Positions 33,395-44,395 are shown, counted from the stretch's first letter. The stretch is 64,000 nucleotides of DNA from an uncultured Pseudomonadota bacterium (GCA_949295085.1 CASFJS010000005.1:69707-133706), one strand, 5' to 3'. Translations and numbers: made by a program. The notes: generated by a model not told the origin, from the sequence alone.

Positions 33395-34501
33395 ATGGCG
33401 TTGGATTTTTCGACAGAACAGCAAAAATTGACCGTCGTATTGAGCGGCGATATGCGCCGTTATGACGATCAAACGCGGATTGCCGAGGTGATGTCTGCGG
33501 CGGCCAGAGTCAAAGAAATCTGTTTTGAAGCTGCGGGACTTAAAGATTGGGATTCAACCACGGCGGCGCTTATCTACCGGTTGATAACCCGGGAGATTAA
33601 GCCCAAAACCAAGGTTGTGACCGCAAGCTTGCCCGAAGATTTGCAACGGTTGCTGGCCTTGGCGTCGGCGGTTGACCGCAAACCGGCACAACCGACAATG
33701 AATAAAGAATGTTTTTTGGAAAAGCTCGGCGGTTGGGGACTGGCTGTCGGCGGAGGAATCAAAAAAGCTTTGGCCTTTATGAAAGAGGCTGTGGCATCGC
33801 TGGTGCGTTTTTTTTGCGGACGGGCGGTGATGCGGCGGGTCGATTTTGAGTTTGCGCTGGAAGACTGCGGCTACAAGGCCATTGGTATTGTCAGTCTGGT
33901 CAGCTTTATGGTGGGGTTGATTCTGGCTTTTGTCGGCGCGTTGCAGCTCAAAATGTTCGGGGCGCAGATTTATATTGCCTCGCTGGTGACTATCGGTATG
34001 ATACGGATTATGGGCGCGATTATGGCGGGAATCATTATTGCCGGTCGCACCGGCGCGGCCTATGCCGCGACAATCGGCACCATGCAGGTTAACGAGGAAG
34101 TTGACGCGCTAAAGACTTTCGGTTTTTCGGTCAGCGATTTTTTGGTGCTGCCGCGGCTGTTGAGCCTGATGATTACCATGCCTTTTTTGACGATGCTGGC
34201 CGATATTATGGGGATGATCGGCGGGGCGTTCGTGGCGGTGTTGATTTTAGATATTTCGGCGCCGTTGTATTGGCAGTATTCGGTCAGCGCCTTTGGCTTG
34301 AATAATTTTCTGGTGGGTATTTTTCACGGTTTTGTTTACGGCCTTATTATTGCCGGCTGCGGTTGTTATTACGGTGTCAACTGCGGGCGCAATGCCGACA
34401 GTGTCGGTGTGGCGACAACCAGAGCGGTGGTGGCGTCTATTGTGATTATGATTGTGGTTACGGGCTTGTTGACTTTGATTTTTGAGGCGTTGGGCATATG
34501 A
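33395..34501 (+). CDS. MlaE-family ABC permease with N-terminal STAS-like domain
   Basis: 368 aa. The N-terminal ~110 aa are soluble, followed by a multi-TM MlaE-like core. An ATGA overlap couples it to the ATPase gene. Confidence 0.75.
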   Translation: MALDFSTEQQKLTVVLSGDMRRYDDQTRIAEVMSAAARVKEICFEAAGLKDWDSTTAALIYRLITREIKPKTKVVTASLPEDLQRLLALASAVDRKPAQPTMNKECFLEKLGGWGLAVGGGIKKALAFMKEAVASLVRFFCGRAVMRRVDFEFALEDCGYKAIGIVSLVSFMVGLILAFVGALQLKMFGAQIYIASLVTIGMIRIMGAIMAGIIIAGRTGAAYAATIGTMQVNEEVDALKTFGFSVSDFLVLPRLLSLMITMPFLTMLADIMGMIGGAFVAVLILDISAPLYWQYSVSAFGLNNFLVGIFHGFVYGLIIAGCGCYYGVNCGRNADSVGVATTRAVVASIVIMIVVTGLLTLIFEALGI

Positions 34502-35253
34502 AAACGGACAAGGTGAAAATCAAAGGCGAGAATCTGACGGTGGCGTACGGCGACAATGTGGTGCTGCGCCGCGTGAATTTTGAGGTTGAAAAAGGTGATA
34601 TTTTTATCATCATGGGCGGTTCCGGCTGCGGTAAAAGCAGCTTGTTGAAAGTTTTGACCGGATTAAAGGAACCGGCCGCCGGCAAAGTGCTGATCGACGG
34701 GGTTGATTTTTATGCGGCCGATACGGCGGAACAAAAGAAAATTATGCGCAATGGCGGCATTTTGTACCAGAGCGGGGCGTTGTTCAGCTCCATGACATTG
34801 GCAGAAAACATTGCTTTGCCGCTGCAACAATATACCGATTATTCGGCGGCGATGATTAAAGATTTGGTGGCGCTTAAACTGGCGCTTGTCGGTTTAAGAG
34901 GATATGAAGATTTTTATCCGGCGGAGATTTCCGGCGGGATGAAAAAACGCGCCGGTCTGGCACGGGCGATGGCGCTTGATCCGGATATTTTGTATTTTGA
35001 CGAGCCGTCGGCCGGATTGGATCCGGTGAGCGCCAAACTGCTGGACGACCTGATTTTGGAAATCAATCAGAGTTTGGGTACGACCATCGTGGTGATTACT
35101 CATGAGTTAAGTTCGATTTTTGCCATCGGCAAAAACGCGATTTATCTCGACAGCGAAAGCAAAACTGTCTCGGCTTACGGTAACCCGCACGAGTTGCTTA
35201 AGAATCCGCCGAACCGTAATGTATTGAGCTTTTTAACCGGAGGTAGAGAATAA
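34498..35253 (+). CDS. ABC transporter ATP-binding protein (MlaF-like)
   Basis: Walker A GGSGCGKSS, signature ISGGMKKR, Walker B ILYFDEP. Confidence 0.9.
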   Translation: MKTDKVKIKGENLTVAYGDNVVLRRVNFEVEKGDIFIIMGGSGCGKSSLLKVLTGLKEPAAGKVLIDGVDFYAADTAEQKKIMRNGGILYQSGALFSSMTLAENIALPLQQYTDYSAAMIKDLVALKLALVGLRGYEDFYPAEISGGMKKRAGLARAMALDPDILYFDEPSAGLDPVSAKLLDDLILEINQSLGTTIVVITHELSSIFAIGKNAIYLDSESKTVSAYGNPHELLKNPPNRNVLSFLTGGRE

Positions 35254-36008
35254 TGGCAAAACAACCTAACCGCAAATTAATCGGTCTGTTTTTGATTATC
35301 GGGCTGGCCGTGTTTTTGACAATTGTCGGCTTTTTGCTGCAAAACAAACTGTTTGGTACGCGCGGCAACGAGGTGGTGATGTTTTTTGAAGAATCCATCA
35401 ACGGTTTGAACGTCGGCTCGCCGGTGGTGCTTAAGGGGGTTAAAATCGGTGAGGTCAGCAAGATTGATATTGTGGTTGATACCGAAACACTGGATTTCAG
35501 TATTCCGGTTTATGCCCGAATGAACTCAAAAGGTATCAGCAGCACGATGCATTATAACGACGGTCGCGAGGTGTTGGGCGCGCTGGTCGAAAAAGGTTTA
35601 CGGGCGCGGCTGGCATCGCAAAGCTATGTGACCGGACAGCTGATGATTGAGTTTGAGATGCTGCCGGACACGCCGGTCAAATATCACGAAAATGTTTCGA
35701 TACCGGAAATTCCGACGGCGTTGTCAACCTTGGGCGAATTATCGCGCGGGTTGCAAAAAATGCCGTTGGCCGAAGGAGTTAAAAACTTTAACAACTTCTT
35801 TAAGGGATTGAACCAGAGTATGCCGGATATTAATAAAATTATTGAAGATATCGAAAAAGTGGTAACCCGCAACCGCGGAACCTCAACCGAGGTGTTGAAC
35901 AACTTTAATGATGCGGCCGTCAATGTCAGCCGTGCAGCCAAGTCAATGCAAAATCTGACGGACTATCTGGAACGGCATCCGGAAGCGTTAATTAAGGGAA
36001 AGAGGTAG
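35253..36008 (+). CDS. MCE/MlaD-domain substrate-binding protein
   Basis: N-terminal TM helix plus an MCE-like segment (GLNVGSPVVLKGVKIGEVSKIDI). It is the third gene of the operon. Confidence 0.75.
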   Translation: MAKQPNRKLIGLFLIIGLAVFLTIVGFLLQNKLFGTRGNEVVMFFEESINGLNVGSPVVLKGVKIGEVSKIDIVVDTETLDFSIPVYARMNSKGISSTMHYNDGREVLGALVEKGLRARLASQSYVTGQLMIEFEMLPDTPVKYHENVSIPEIPTALSTLGELSRGLQKMPLAEGVKNFNNFFKGLNQSMPDINKIIEDIEKVVTRNRGTSTEVLNNFNDAAVNVSRAAKSMQNLTDYLERHPEALIKGKR

Positions 36009-36012
36009 AAAA

Positions 36013-36585
36013 ATGAGAAAATTCGGCGCAATTTTGATGGTGTTTTTGTTGGGCGGATGTTTGGGCGGCTACAGTCCGGAAAACAGGTTTTATTATTTGC
36101 AAACCGTTGATACGGTTGAGGTCGTCAGCTCAAAAAAACTTAATATCGGCATTGATGACGTTAAACTGCCGGATTATCTGGACAGGCCGCAGATTATCGT
36201 CTTTGAGCAGGGAACACCGCAGATGAAAATTGATGAAACCAATCGTTGGGGTGAGGCTTTGGCTACCATGGTGCAGCGGACGGTGGCGGCGGATATCGCC
36301 GCGTATTTGCCGCAGGCCGTCGTTAAGTCCAAGACAACGCTTGACGAGAGGTTCGGTTTTTTGATTGATGTCGAGATTGTGCGGCTGGATAAGGTTGGTG
36401 ATAACAAGGCCGTTTTTGAAGCTTGGTGGTCGGTTTATAATTCCGGCGGCCGGCGGATTACACAGCAAAAAACAGCAATGACGCGCGAGATTGACGGCGG
36501 TTTTGACGCTTATGTCGAGGCCGAGAGCGCGATGATTGCCGAAATGAGCCGGCAAATTGCCAAAGCTGTTGGCAGAGCTAAATAA
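36013..36585 (+). CDS. ABC-transport auxiliary lipoprotein (PqiC/YmbA-like)
   Basis: Lipobox LLGGC at residues 12-16. It is the last gene of the Mla/MCE operon. Confidence 0.65.
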   Translation: MRKFGAILMVFLLGGCLGGYSPENRFYYLQTVDTVEVVSSKKLNIGIDDVKLPDYLDRPQIIVFEQGTPQMKIDETNRWGEALATMVQRTVAADIAAYLPQAVVKSKTTLDERFGFLIDVEIVRLDKVGDNKAVFEAWWSVYNSGGRRITQQKTAMTREIDGGFDAYVEAESAMIAEMSRQIAKAVGRAK

Positions 36586-36663
36586 CTTGGCGTTAACGAA
36601 TTGTAAAAATAAACAGGCGTATAGTTTGCCGTGTGGAAAATTTGGTGCAGAGGCGGTATTTTA

Positions 36664-37206
36664 ATGCGGGAACTATGGAATTTATTTGCGTTGTTTTTCA
36701 AAATAGGTTTGTTTACTTTTGGCGGCGGTTATGCCATGTTGCCACTTCTTAAAGCCGAGCTCGTCAATAAACGTCGCTTCGTCAGCGAACAGGAGCTGCT
36801 TGATTTGTATTCAATCGGCCAATGCACACCGGGAATTATTGCGATTAATGTAGCAACCTTTATCGGTTATCAGCAAAAAGGGGTTTGTGGTGCGGTGATG
36901 ACAACCCTTGGTATGGTTTTGCCGTCGCTGATTATTATTGTTTTGATTGCGTCGGTCTTACAAAATTTTGCCGATAATCGCTACGTGGCCTACGCTTTTG
37001 CCGGAATTCGCATTTGCGTGGCGGCGTTGATTGCCGATGTGATTTTTGATTTGGCACGCAAAAACATCAAAGGGTTTTTGAATGTTTTTGTGTTTATGGG
37101 TGCTTTGGCCTTATTGATTATGTTTAATTTATCCGCGGTATGGATTGTGATTGTTTCCGGCATTTTTGCGCTGCTTGTCAATGAGATCGGGAGGCGTAAA
37201 AAATGA
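36664..37206 (+). CDS. chrA: Chromate transporter ChrA family, first half-size subunit
   Basis: GLFTFGGGYAMLPLL motif. The start at 36664 (MRELW) is preferred to the track start. Confidence 0.8.
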   Translation: MRELWNLFALFFKIGLFTFGGGYAMLPLLKAELVNKRRFVSEQELLDLYSIGQCTPGIIAINVATFIGYQQKGVCGAVMTTLGMVLPSLIIIVLIASVLQNFADNRYVAYAFAGIRICVAALIADVIFDLARKNIKGFLNVFVFMGALALLIMFNLSAVWIVIVSGIFALLVNEIGRRKK

Positions 37207-37721
37207 TTTATCTGCTGCTGTTGTTTGAGTTTTTTAAGATTGGTCTGTTTGCCATTGGCGGCGGACTGGTCACGGTGCCTTTTTTGTTTGATCTGGCGGA
37301 AAAATATGATTGGTTTACAGCTTCGGAACTGACGGATATGATCGCAATATCCGAATCGACACCGGGACCGATAGGCGTTAATATGGCAACATTTGCCGGA
37401 TTTAAGTCCGCGGGAATTATGGGGGCGATTGTTGCTACTTTCGGGCTGGTGTTGCCGTCGGTGATTATTATTATCTGGGTTGCCAGGTTGATGCAAAAAT
37501 ACAGCGGCAATGCCCGGACTCATGCTATTTTGGAGGGAATCAGGCCGGCGGTGTTGGCGCTTATTCTATTTGCCGGATTGCAAGTTGCCCGTATTGCTTT
37601 GAACGGAAGTCTGGAGATCCTCATGTTTGCGGCGCTGCTGTCAATGATGCGTTTATGGAAACAAAGCCCCGTCTTATATTTGGGTTTGGCTGCGGTGTTG
37701 GGGATTGCTTTAAAACTTTAA
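37203..37721 (+). CDS. chrA: Chromate transporter ChrA family, second half-size subunit
   Basis: GLFAIGGGLVTVPFL motif. ATGA overlap with the first half. Confidence 0.8.
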   Translation: MIYLLLLFEFFKIGLFAIGGGLVTVPFLFDLAEKYDWFTASELTDMIAISESTPGPIGVNMATFAGFKSAGIMGAIVATFGLVLPSVIIIIWVARLMQKYSGNARTHAILEGIRPAVLALILFAGLQVARIALNGSLEILMFAALLSMMRLWKQSPVLYLGLAAVLGIALKL

Positions 37722-37757
37722 AGCCCTCTTTGAAAAAAGGGCTTTAGAGTTTTTTTA
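37721..37757. terminator. Bidirectional terminator between chrA and trxA
   Basis: AGCCCT-N10-AGGGCT, with T-rich tracts on both strands. Confidence 0.6.
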
Positions 37758-38069
37758 AGCGTATTGTTTGATCCAGTCGGTGATGGTGCTTTTGGAGTTG
37801 AGGCCGACTTTGGTATCAACAAGTTTGCCGTCTTTAAATAACAGTAACGACGGAATGCTGCGGATGCCGAAATTTGACGGTGTGGCCGGAGCCTCGTCAA
37901 CATTCATCTTGCAGATCTGAACTTTATCGGACATTTCATTGGAAACTTCTTCCATAATCGGTAAAAGTTGGCGGCAAGGGCCGCACCATTCTGCCCAAAA
38001 ATCTACCAGAACAAGGCCTTTTGACTTTAAGACTTCGGCATCAAATTGTGCATCGGTAATTGCTTTCAT
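37755..38069 (-). CDS. trxA: Thioredoxin
   Basis: 104 aa with the WCGPC active site. Confidence 0.95.
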   Translation of the reverse strand: MKAITDAQFDAEVLKSKGLVLVDFWAEWCGPCRQLLPIMEEVSNEMSDKVQICKMNVDEAPATPSNFGIRSIPSLLLFKDGKLVDTKVGLNSKSTITDWIKQYA

Positions 38070-38168
38070 GTTTTTTCCTTTCCGTTTAGATTATGTTTTT
38101 ATAATATAGTTGTAAACTGCAAACAAATAAAGCTTTTTATCAAAATAATTCGGGTTTTTATGCAAAAA

Positions 38169-41100
38169 TTATTCAATCTGCATAATTTGGGCGGTGTTGG
38201 TCCATAAAATCCATGTTTCGACCTGTTTGTCGGGATAAATTTTTTCAATCAGCTTTCGGTAAGCGCGCAATTGTTTGCGATAAGCAACGGGAATCTCGTC
38301 CGGGGTGCGGGCGGCCGGCCGGTTTGTTTTGTAGTCAACAATAACGGCTTTGGTGTCGGTTATCAGCAAGCGGTCAATCTGGCCGGAAATAATATGGTCA
38401 TCTACTTTTCCCATCAGGGATACTTCGGCTTTTGAGTTTGTTGAAAATAAAGGTGCAAAGCGCGGATCATTGAGCAGGGACAGAACCTCGGTAATGATTT
38501 GCCGGCGCGCGCCGTCATCAAGATCAGGGGCCTGTTTTTGCAAAAATTCATGAGCCAAATGAGGTCGGTCGACGGCAGCAATTTCCGGTAAAAATTGCAG
38601 CAGTTTATGAATGAGGCGGCCGCGGGCATAAAGTTTGTCATTGTTATTGTTTGATAAAGGGGATATGGCGGCAATGCCGCTTTCATCCAGATGTGACGGG
38701 GTCAGGGGTTTGGCTAAGGGAGTTTCATCGGGCGGGCAGGTTTTGAGCCAGGCCGGGATGAAAGTATCCGGTTGCGCGGTGGTTTTATTTTGCGGTTGGC
38801 CGGGAGATATTTGTTGGGCAATTTCGTAAACCAGAGTGCCGTCGGGTTGCTTTTGGGCAATTGGTTCAATGGCTTTCCGGCACAATTCGTACCAACAATT
38901 ATCATTCGGTTGTTTGCCTTGCAGCCAACCGCAGATGTAAAGACGGTCTTCGGCACGGGTCAGCGCGACATAAAGAAGCCGGTGTGATTCTTCAAGGGAG
39001 CGTTGTGTTTCATTGCCTTTGAGGCGAGTGGTTTGTTTTTCGTAGTTGTCTTTGCCGAGGGGGTAAAACAAGGTATTGTCATCGCTGATCCAGCCGAGTT
39101 CTTGTTTGGGCGCCTTAATCCGGGTGGTGTCCGGTAAAATAACAATGGGCGCCTGCAGGCCTTTGGAGCCGTGAGCCGTCATGATTCGTACGGCATCCTG
39201 GTCGGTTTGTTCGAGGTTGCGCTTGATTTCGATATCGTTACGACGTATCCAGTCAACAAAAAGCTGCAACGACGGGATGTGTTCGCGCTCAAATTCCAGA
39301 CAAAGATTCATAAATTCATCAAGAGGATCTTCACATTCAAAACCCAGACGCTCAATAAATTTGCGACGGCCGTCCAATTCGCTTAAAACATGGGTAAAAA
39401 ATTCAAACGGGCGATTATGGGCAGCCATAAAAAGAAGGTCTTGCAGACGTGAAGCGGTTGCGGCATAAGAGGGATTTTGGTTAAGACGTTGCCAGAGAGA
39501 TGATGTTTTGCGATTATGGCACAAGATGAAAAGATCTTGGTCATCCAATCCGAACAGAGGGGATTTCAAAAGGCAGGCTAAAGTTAAATCATCGCTCGGA
39601 AGCAGCGTAAAACAAGCCAAAGCAAGCAGGTCTTTAATGACGATCTGCTCAAGGAGTTTGATGCGGTCGGCTCCGGCAACAGCCACATTGACATTTTTGC
39701 AGGCACGGACAAAATCTTTGACAAAATCATCGCGCTGGCGAACGAGAATCAGAAAATCGCCATATCTTAACGGTCGGTTTTGCGACGGCAGAATTTCTCC
39801 CCGGCTGACCTTTTCTTTTATCATTTCGGCCAGACGTTGTGCCAGTTTGGTGCGCGGAGAAACGGCGGTCAGGCGTTCAACCGGCGGCAACCAAATATTG
39901 TCAGGATTTTGGTCGGTTTCCGGTTTGAACAACGGCCAGACTTCAACACGGCCGCCGTCGCCGATGCGTGAAGGAATATGGGCCAGTTTTTGATCCGGAC
40001 GAACGACTCCGATACCGGCAGGATAAGATGCAAAAACAGTGTTAACAACATCGAGAATTGCGGCTGTCGAGCGAAAAGATACTTCCATATCAACCCGGCG
40101 AAAAGAAGTGTCTTGGCGGTTAAACCAGTCGTACATATTCTCAAATTCGTGCGGATCGGCGCCTTGAAAAGAATATATGGATTGTTTGCGGTCACCGACG
40201 ACAAAGACGGTCGGTTTTTCCGATTTGTTGCCGAGACCGGCAAAAAAGTCATTTGTCAGAGCTTTGACAATGGCCCACTGGTCAGGGGAGGTGTCTTGTG
40301 CCTCGTCAATCAAAACATGATCGATACCGCCGTCCAATTTGTATAAAATCCATTGAGATATTTGCGGCGTTTCCAGCAATTGACGGGTCAGCAGGATCAG
40401 GTCGTTGTAGTCCATCTTGGAGCAATGTTTTTTATAAAGACGGTAGCGCTCGAGAAAATCGGCAGAAAGGGTTAAAACAAAATGAGTGGCCGAGAGCAGA
40501 CAAGTTGCGGTTATTTTGTCAACAGTATCTTCCAGGCGTTGTTTTTGATGTGCCGCAATTATTTCGGCCTGCGGAAAAAGCCGGCATGATTTTTGTACCA
40601 ACAGAGGCTTATCGGTTAAAAACAATTTGCAGAGTGCGGCAAAGTCTTTGTGTTCGGTTGCGTTTGCCAGGGTGACGGCTTTCTCGCGCGAAGTTGCGGT
40701 TCCGGTTTCCAGTGCCGTTACAAGAAGTTTTATTTCCTCCGGTAAAAAGCCCTGCCAGAAAAGCTCCCTGAGTTCGTCCGGCGAAGTTTGCGGCGTGATG
40801 TCTAATGCGGCGGCTGTCAGGTTGACGATATTGTCCACACTATGATGACGGCGCAGGCAGTCCTCAATTAAAGCGCGGTTTTCGGTGATGGATTTTATAA
40901 TTTTGGGAAAAGAAGATTCCGAAACATGAGCCGTCAGCCAGGATACGGCTTCGACGGTTGTTTGATTTGTTGCTCCCTGTAAAATGTCAAGCTTAATGTT
41001 TTCAAGCGCTTCTTTGGCTTCATGATCATCCATTATTTCAAAATAGGGCGAGATTTTGGCCTCTAAGGGAAAGCGCTTGAGAATTTCTTGGCAAAAGCTG

Positions 41101-41510
41101 TGGATGGTTTGGATTTTTATTCCGCCCGGTGTATCAAGCAGAACGGCAAAAAGCCGCCGTGCCTGTGTTAAAAGTTTATCGGCATTCCGGGTGTCGGAAA
41201 GCTTGCAACCGAGAAGTTTTTCAATTTCGGCATGTAATTTGTCATCCGGAATGACAGCCCACTTACTCAGACGCTCGGCAATACGGTTATTCATTTCAAC
41301 CGCGGCCGCTTTTGTGTAGGTCAGACAAAGAATACGCGCCGGCATTGTTCCATGAAGCAGCAGGCGTAATACGCGATCGGATAACACTTTGGTTTTGCCG
41401 GTACCGGCCGAGGCCTCTACCCATACGGACAAAGCCGGATCGGCTGCTTGGCGCTGGTTGGAGGAAGCCTGGGCAATACGTTCGGTTTTTTGTTGTTGAA
41501 GGTCAGACAT
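38169..41510 (-). CDS. addA: Double-strand break repair helicase-nuclease AddA
   Basis: 1113 aa with UvrD-type Walker A ASAGTGKT, DEAQDT, and a C-terminal RecB-type nuclease motif (IVDYKT). Confidence 0.9.
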   Translation of the reverse strand: MSDLQQQKTERIAQASSNQRQAADPALSVWVEASAGTGKTKVLSDRVLRLLLHGTMPARILCLTYTKAAAVEMNNRIAERLSKWAVIPDDKLHAEIEKLLGCKLSDTRNADKLLTQARRLFAVLLDTPGGIKIQTIHSFCQEILKRFPLEAKISPYFEIMDDHEAKEALENIKLDILQGATNQTTVEAVSWLTAHVSESSFPKIIKSITENRALIEDCLRRHHSVDNIVNLTAAALDITPQTSPDELRELFWQGFLPEEIKLLVTALETGTATSREKAVTLANATEHKDFAALCKLFLTDKPLLVQKSCRLFPQAEIIAAHQKQRLEDTVDKITATCLLSATHFVLTLSADFLERYRLYKKHCSKMDYNDLILLTRQLLETPQISQWILYKLDGGIDHVLIDEAQDTSPDQWAIVKALTNDFFAGLGNKSEKPTVFVVGDRKQSIYSFQGADPHEFENMYDWFNRQDTSFRRVDMEVSFRSTAAILDVVNTVFASYPAGIGVVRPDQKLAHIPSRIGDGGRVEVWPLFKPETDQNPDNIWLPPVERLTAVSPRTKLAQRLAEMIKEKVSRGEILPSQNRPLRYGDFLILVRQRDDFVKDFVRACKNVNVAVAGADRIKLLEQIVIKDLLALACFTLLPSDDLTLACLLKSPLFGLDDQDLFILCHNRKTSSLWQRLNQNPSYAATASRLQDLLFMAAHNRPFEFFTHVLSELDGRRKFIERLGFECEDPLDEFMNLCLEFEREHIPSLQLFVDWIRRNDIEIKRNLEQTDQDAVRIMTAHGSKGLQAPIVILPDTTRIKAPKQELGWISDDNTLFYPLGKDNYEKQTTRLKGNETQRSLEESHRLLYVALTRAEDRLYICGWLQGKQPNDNCWYELCRKAIEPIAQKQPDGTLVYEIAQQISPGQPQNKTTAQPDTFIPAWLKTCPPDETPLAKPLTPSHLDESGIAAISPLSNNNNDKLYARGRLIHKLLQFLPEIAAVDRPHLAHEFLQKQAPDLDDGARRQIITEVLSLLNDPRFAPLFSTNSKAEVSLMGKVDDHIISGQIDRLLITDTKAVIVDYKTNRPAARTPDEIPVAYRKQLRAYRKLIEKIYPDKQVETWILWTNTAQIMQIE

Positions 41511-44395
41511 TAGTCGGTATCTCCGTCATCTTTAACCGACCACTCACGCACGCGCGCCAGATGTTCGTAATCGGAGTATTCGGGAACATGTTTGGGATTT
41601 GGGCGGCTGAGATAGCCGGTAGAATCAAAATCAAACAAATTAAGGGTTTCCAGAATGTGTTGGCGGGTTTCTTCCAGCAATGCCGGGAGGTTGGTGTTAA
41701 TTCGGGTAATTTTTTTGCCGAGTTGCCAATAGATCAGGTTTTTAACGGGAGCCGCACAAATATCAGGGAATCCGCCGGCAGCGGCTATCAATCCTTCAAT
41801 CGGCAGTTGCGGCGCATATCCGCCTTTGACCTCGGCAGCAGAGCGAGCTTTGCCGGTTTTATAGTCAATAATATTGAGAGAACCGTCCGGGTTTTGATCA
41901 ATGCGGTCGGCTTTGGCCTGGAGTTCAAAACGGCCTCCGGGTAAGTCGTCGAAAAATATGCTGCCGGATGTTTCGGTATAGATGCGGGAGATGTTTTGGC
42001 GATAAGTTTGTTCCGTGGTGACCAGCCAGTTTATCATATTAATCAGTTTCGGCTGCCAGAAAGCCCTTTTTTCCAAAGATAAATTTTGTTCGGAAAAGGC
42101 TTGTTCGCTCATTTGGAGCAAAATTTCGGCTGCGTTGTCCGGATATTGCTCAGGATAGCGCCGCCCGAATTCATCAAGAATCCGGTGTACGATATTGCCG
42201 AAATCCGCTGCGCTCGGCTCGGGTTCAAGATCGTCCAGCGGTTTAAGTTTCAGGATATATTCGGCATAAATTCCGTAGGGATCCCGCAAAAGTTTTTCAA
42301 AAGATGTGGCCGATAAGCGGCGCGGTCTGGCAGAAACGGGAGGTTTTGGCGCCGGAGCACTGATTTTTACAAAATGTTCCGGACGATCTAACATCGTCGC
42401 CAAAGCCGGATAAGCGGTTTCGCGGAGTGTTGCCGGATCAATACCGGCGGCTTGTAAAACGGTTTCGAGCCGCATCCACCAGCGTGATTTGATTGTCGGG
42501 GCGCCGTTATTTATATCGGCACGGGTAAGATATACATCGGGAGCTGCCGAAAGATTGGCAAAATCAAGTCCAAGAACGCCGATTTGTCGTTCGGGAAGGT
42601 CAAAACCAAAATCATGTTTCATCGGCCGTGACATCCATGGGTCGGAAGCGGTTGTCGGCGGCCAAACTCCCTCGTTGACGCCGCCTAAAATAATTTTGTC
42701 AAAATGGTTGAGCCGAGCCTCCATCGGACCCAAAATGCGGACACGCGGGTGTGTCGGGCGGCGGTTGCGAACCATGACACCGGTCATCATGGTTTCAAAT
42801 AAAGACAGGTAGTCGGCAACGGCAATTTTACCCAAAACACCGGCTTGTTCAAGCCAGTCTGCCATGAAAGCGGCGCCGGCTTCACCGTCTTCGTTTTGCC
42901 ACAGGATTGTTGCGCCGGACAGGGTGTCGGTAGAAGCCAAAGTCTCCGCAAGCCGTAAGTGTCGGGTTATAAGGGTGTCAAGGGGGGCGCTGCCCTCACG
43001 GAACAAATTTATGAAATCGGCAGATAAGGTGCGGATTTGTTGCAAAAATTCGGTTATATTTGCGTCATCCGCACCGCTGCGCCAGACGTCTTTGTCCAGT
43101 CTTTCAACCAACGCAGCCAGATTTGTCTGGTTATACCCTGCGGCAAACAGGGGATTTTTAAATAAGGCCAAAAGTTGTTTCTTGCCGGCATTCGGGGCTA
43201 CGGCCGCCAGACATGTCCTCATAAATATGCCCCAGGGGGTTTGCGCCAAAGGAATGCCGGCGGAATCGTCGATATTAATATGCCAGCGTTTAAGTTCGGC
43301 GGCGGTTCTGCGCGCAAGATTGCGGTCCGGCGTAACTAAAGCAACCGTGGTTTCCGGAGTGTCTAAGACCTGACGAATCAGCAAAGCGATGGTCAGAGCC
43401 TCACTGCGGGAATCTGCACATTCAACCAAATGCAGCCCTTTTGCGGCCGAAAGGGAAAGTTTGTCTTTGAGTGTCCGCCAGTGATAAGAGCTTGCGGCCG
43501 GCCGCATGATTTCACTGACGAGTTTTTCGCGTTGTAAATTTTGCGGTGCAATCAGGGGTTTAATTTGCCGGCGGTTGAGCTGCAGATAATCCAGCAATTG
43601 CTTAAATTCAAATTGCGGGTGCGATTCATCAAGTTGTTCCCATGCGGCATCTTCAAGGACGGTATCAAGTCCGGCAAGATAAATTTCACCATGCGGAAGT
43701 TCAAGAACGGTTTTGACGAGTTGTTTCATTGCCGGAGATACGGCTGTTGTACCGGCGATGATAATACGTTGTTGCGGCGGTGTTTGCTGCCATATCCGGC
43801 TTTGTTTTTCAATTAAACGATTTTTACGGTCATTGATATCGATAACGCCGCGTTCGGCCAAAATATCCGGCCAATAGCGCGTAATAATCTTTAAGAATTT
43901 CAGAGTCTCCTGCCAGTGGGCGGCATATTCTTCCGGTACAAGAGATGACAGGTTGTCCCAGCTCAGGTTTTGCAGGCTTGCCTGATCAATCAGGTTGCCG
44001 AGTTCGGCAGCCAGACGACAAGCCTGGGACAAGGAAATTTGCTCCAGTCCGAATTCCGAATAACGGCTTAAGATCAGGCGCATAAAAAGCATGTTGCGTT
44101 CGGTGGTGCTGATGGCGGGCGGCAGACTGAGAAATTCCGCCGCGGCGCCGGCACCGTTTAAGATAAGTTCATCTTCATGAATATCTCCGATGGCTTTCAT
44201 TTGCGGAAGCAGTGTCGGGGTCAGGCCTTTTTGATGAACAAAGGCATCGGCCAATGAGCGACAGGCCCGGCGGTTGGGCAGAAGAACCAAAATCTCGGAA
44301 AGTTTCAATTCATTGCCGGTGCAATCCTGCAGAAGTTTGGCCGCCAGTGTTTCAACAAAGCAATTTGAGGCCGAGATATTATAAATTTCAGACAT
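41510..44395 (-). CDS. addB: Double-strand break repair protein AddB (alphaproteobacterial type)
   Basis: 961 aa, upstream of and abutting addA. C-terminal nuclease motif (ADRID...IIDYKTGK). No intact helicase Walker A. Confidence 0.85.
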   Translation of the reverse strand: MSEIYNISASNCFVETLAAKLLQDCTGNELKLSEILVLLPNRRACRSLADAFVHQKGLTPTLLPQMKAIGDIHEDELILNGAGAAAEFLSLPPAISTTERNMLFMRLILSRYSEFGLEQISLSQACRLAAELGNLIDQASLQNLSWDNLSSLVPEEYAAHWQETLKFLKIITRYWPDILAERGVIDINDRKNRLIEKQSRIWQQTPPQQRIIIAGTTAVSPAMKQLVKTVLELPHGEIYLAGLDTVLEDAAWEQLDESHPQFEFKQLLDYLQLNRRQIKPLIAPQNLQREKLVSEIMRPAASSYHWRTLKDKLSLSAAKGLHLVECADSRSEALTIALLIRQVLDTPETTVALVTPDRNLARRTAAELKRWHINIDDSAGIPLAQTPWGIFMRTCLAAVAPNAGKKQLLALFKNPLFAAGYNQTNLAALVERLDKDVWRSGADDANITEFLQQIRTLSADFINLFREGSAPLDTLITRHLRLAETLASTDTLSGATILWQNEDGEAGAAFMADWLEQAGVLGKIAVADYLSLFETMMTGVMVRNRRPTHPRVRILGPMEARLNHFDKIILGGVNEGVWPPTTASDPWMSRPMKHDFGFDLPERQIGVLGLDFANLSAAPDVYLTRADINNGAPTIKSRWWMRLETVLQAAGIDPATLRETAYPALATMLDRPEHFVKISAPAPKPPVSARPRRLSATSFEKLLRDPYGIYAEYILKLKPLDDLEPEPSAADFGNIVHRILDEFGRRYPEQYPDNAAEILLQMSEQAFSEQNLSLEKRAFWQPKLINMINWLVTTEQTYRQNISRIYTETSGSIFFDDLPGGRFELQAKADRIDQNPDGSLNIIDYKTGKARSAAEVKGGYAPQLPIEGLIAAAGGFPDICAAPVKNLIYWQLGKKITRINTNLPALLEETRQHILETLNLFDFDSTGYLSRPNPKHVPEYSDYEHLARVREWSVKDDGDTD

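Noticed and set aside
36990-37523. 177-aa minus-strand ORF across the two chrA halves
   Set aside because: It is antisense to two ORFs with clear ChrA GGG(Y/L) motifs, and its composition is typical of shadow frames.
41312-41944. 210-aa plus-strand ORF spanning the addA/addB junction
   Set aside because: It is antisense to both add genes and has no RBS or motifs.
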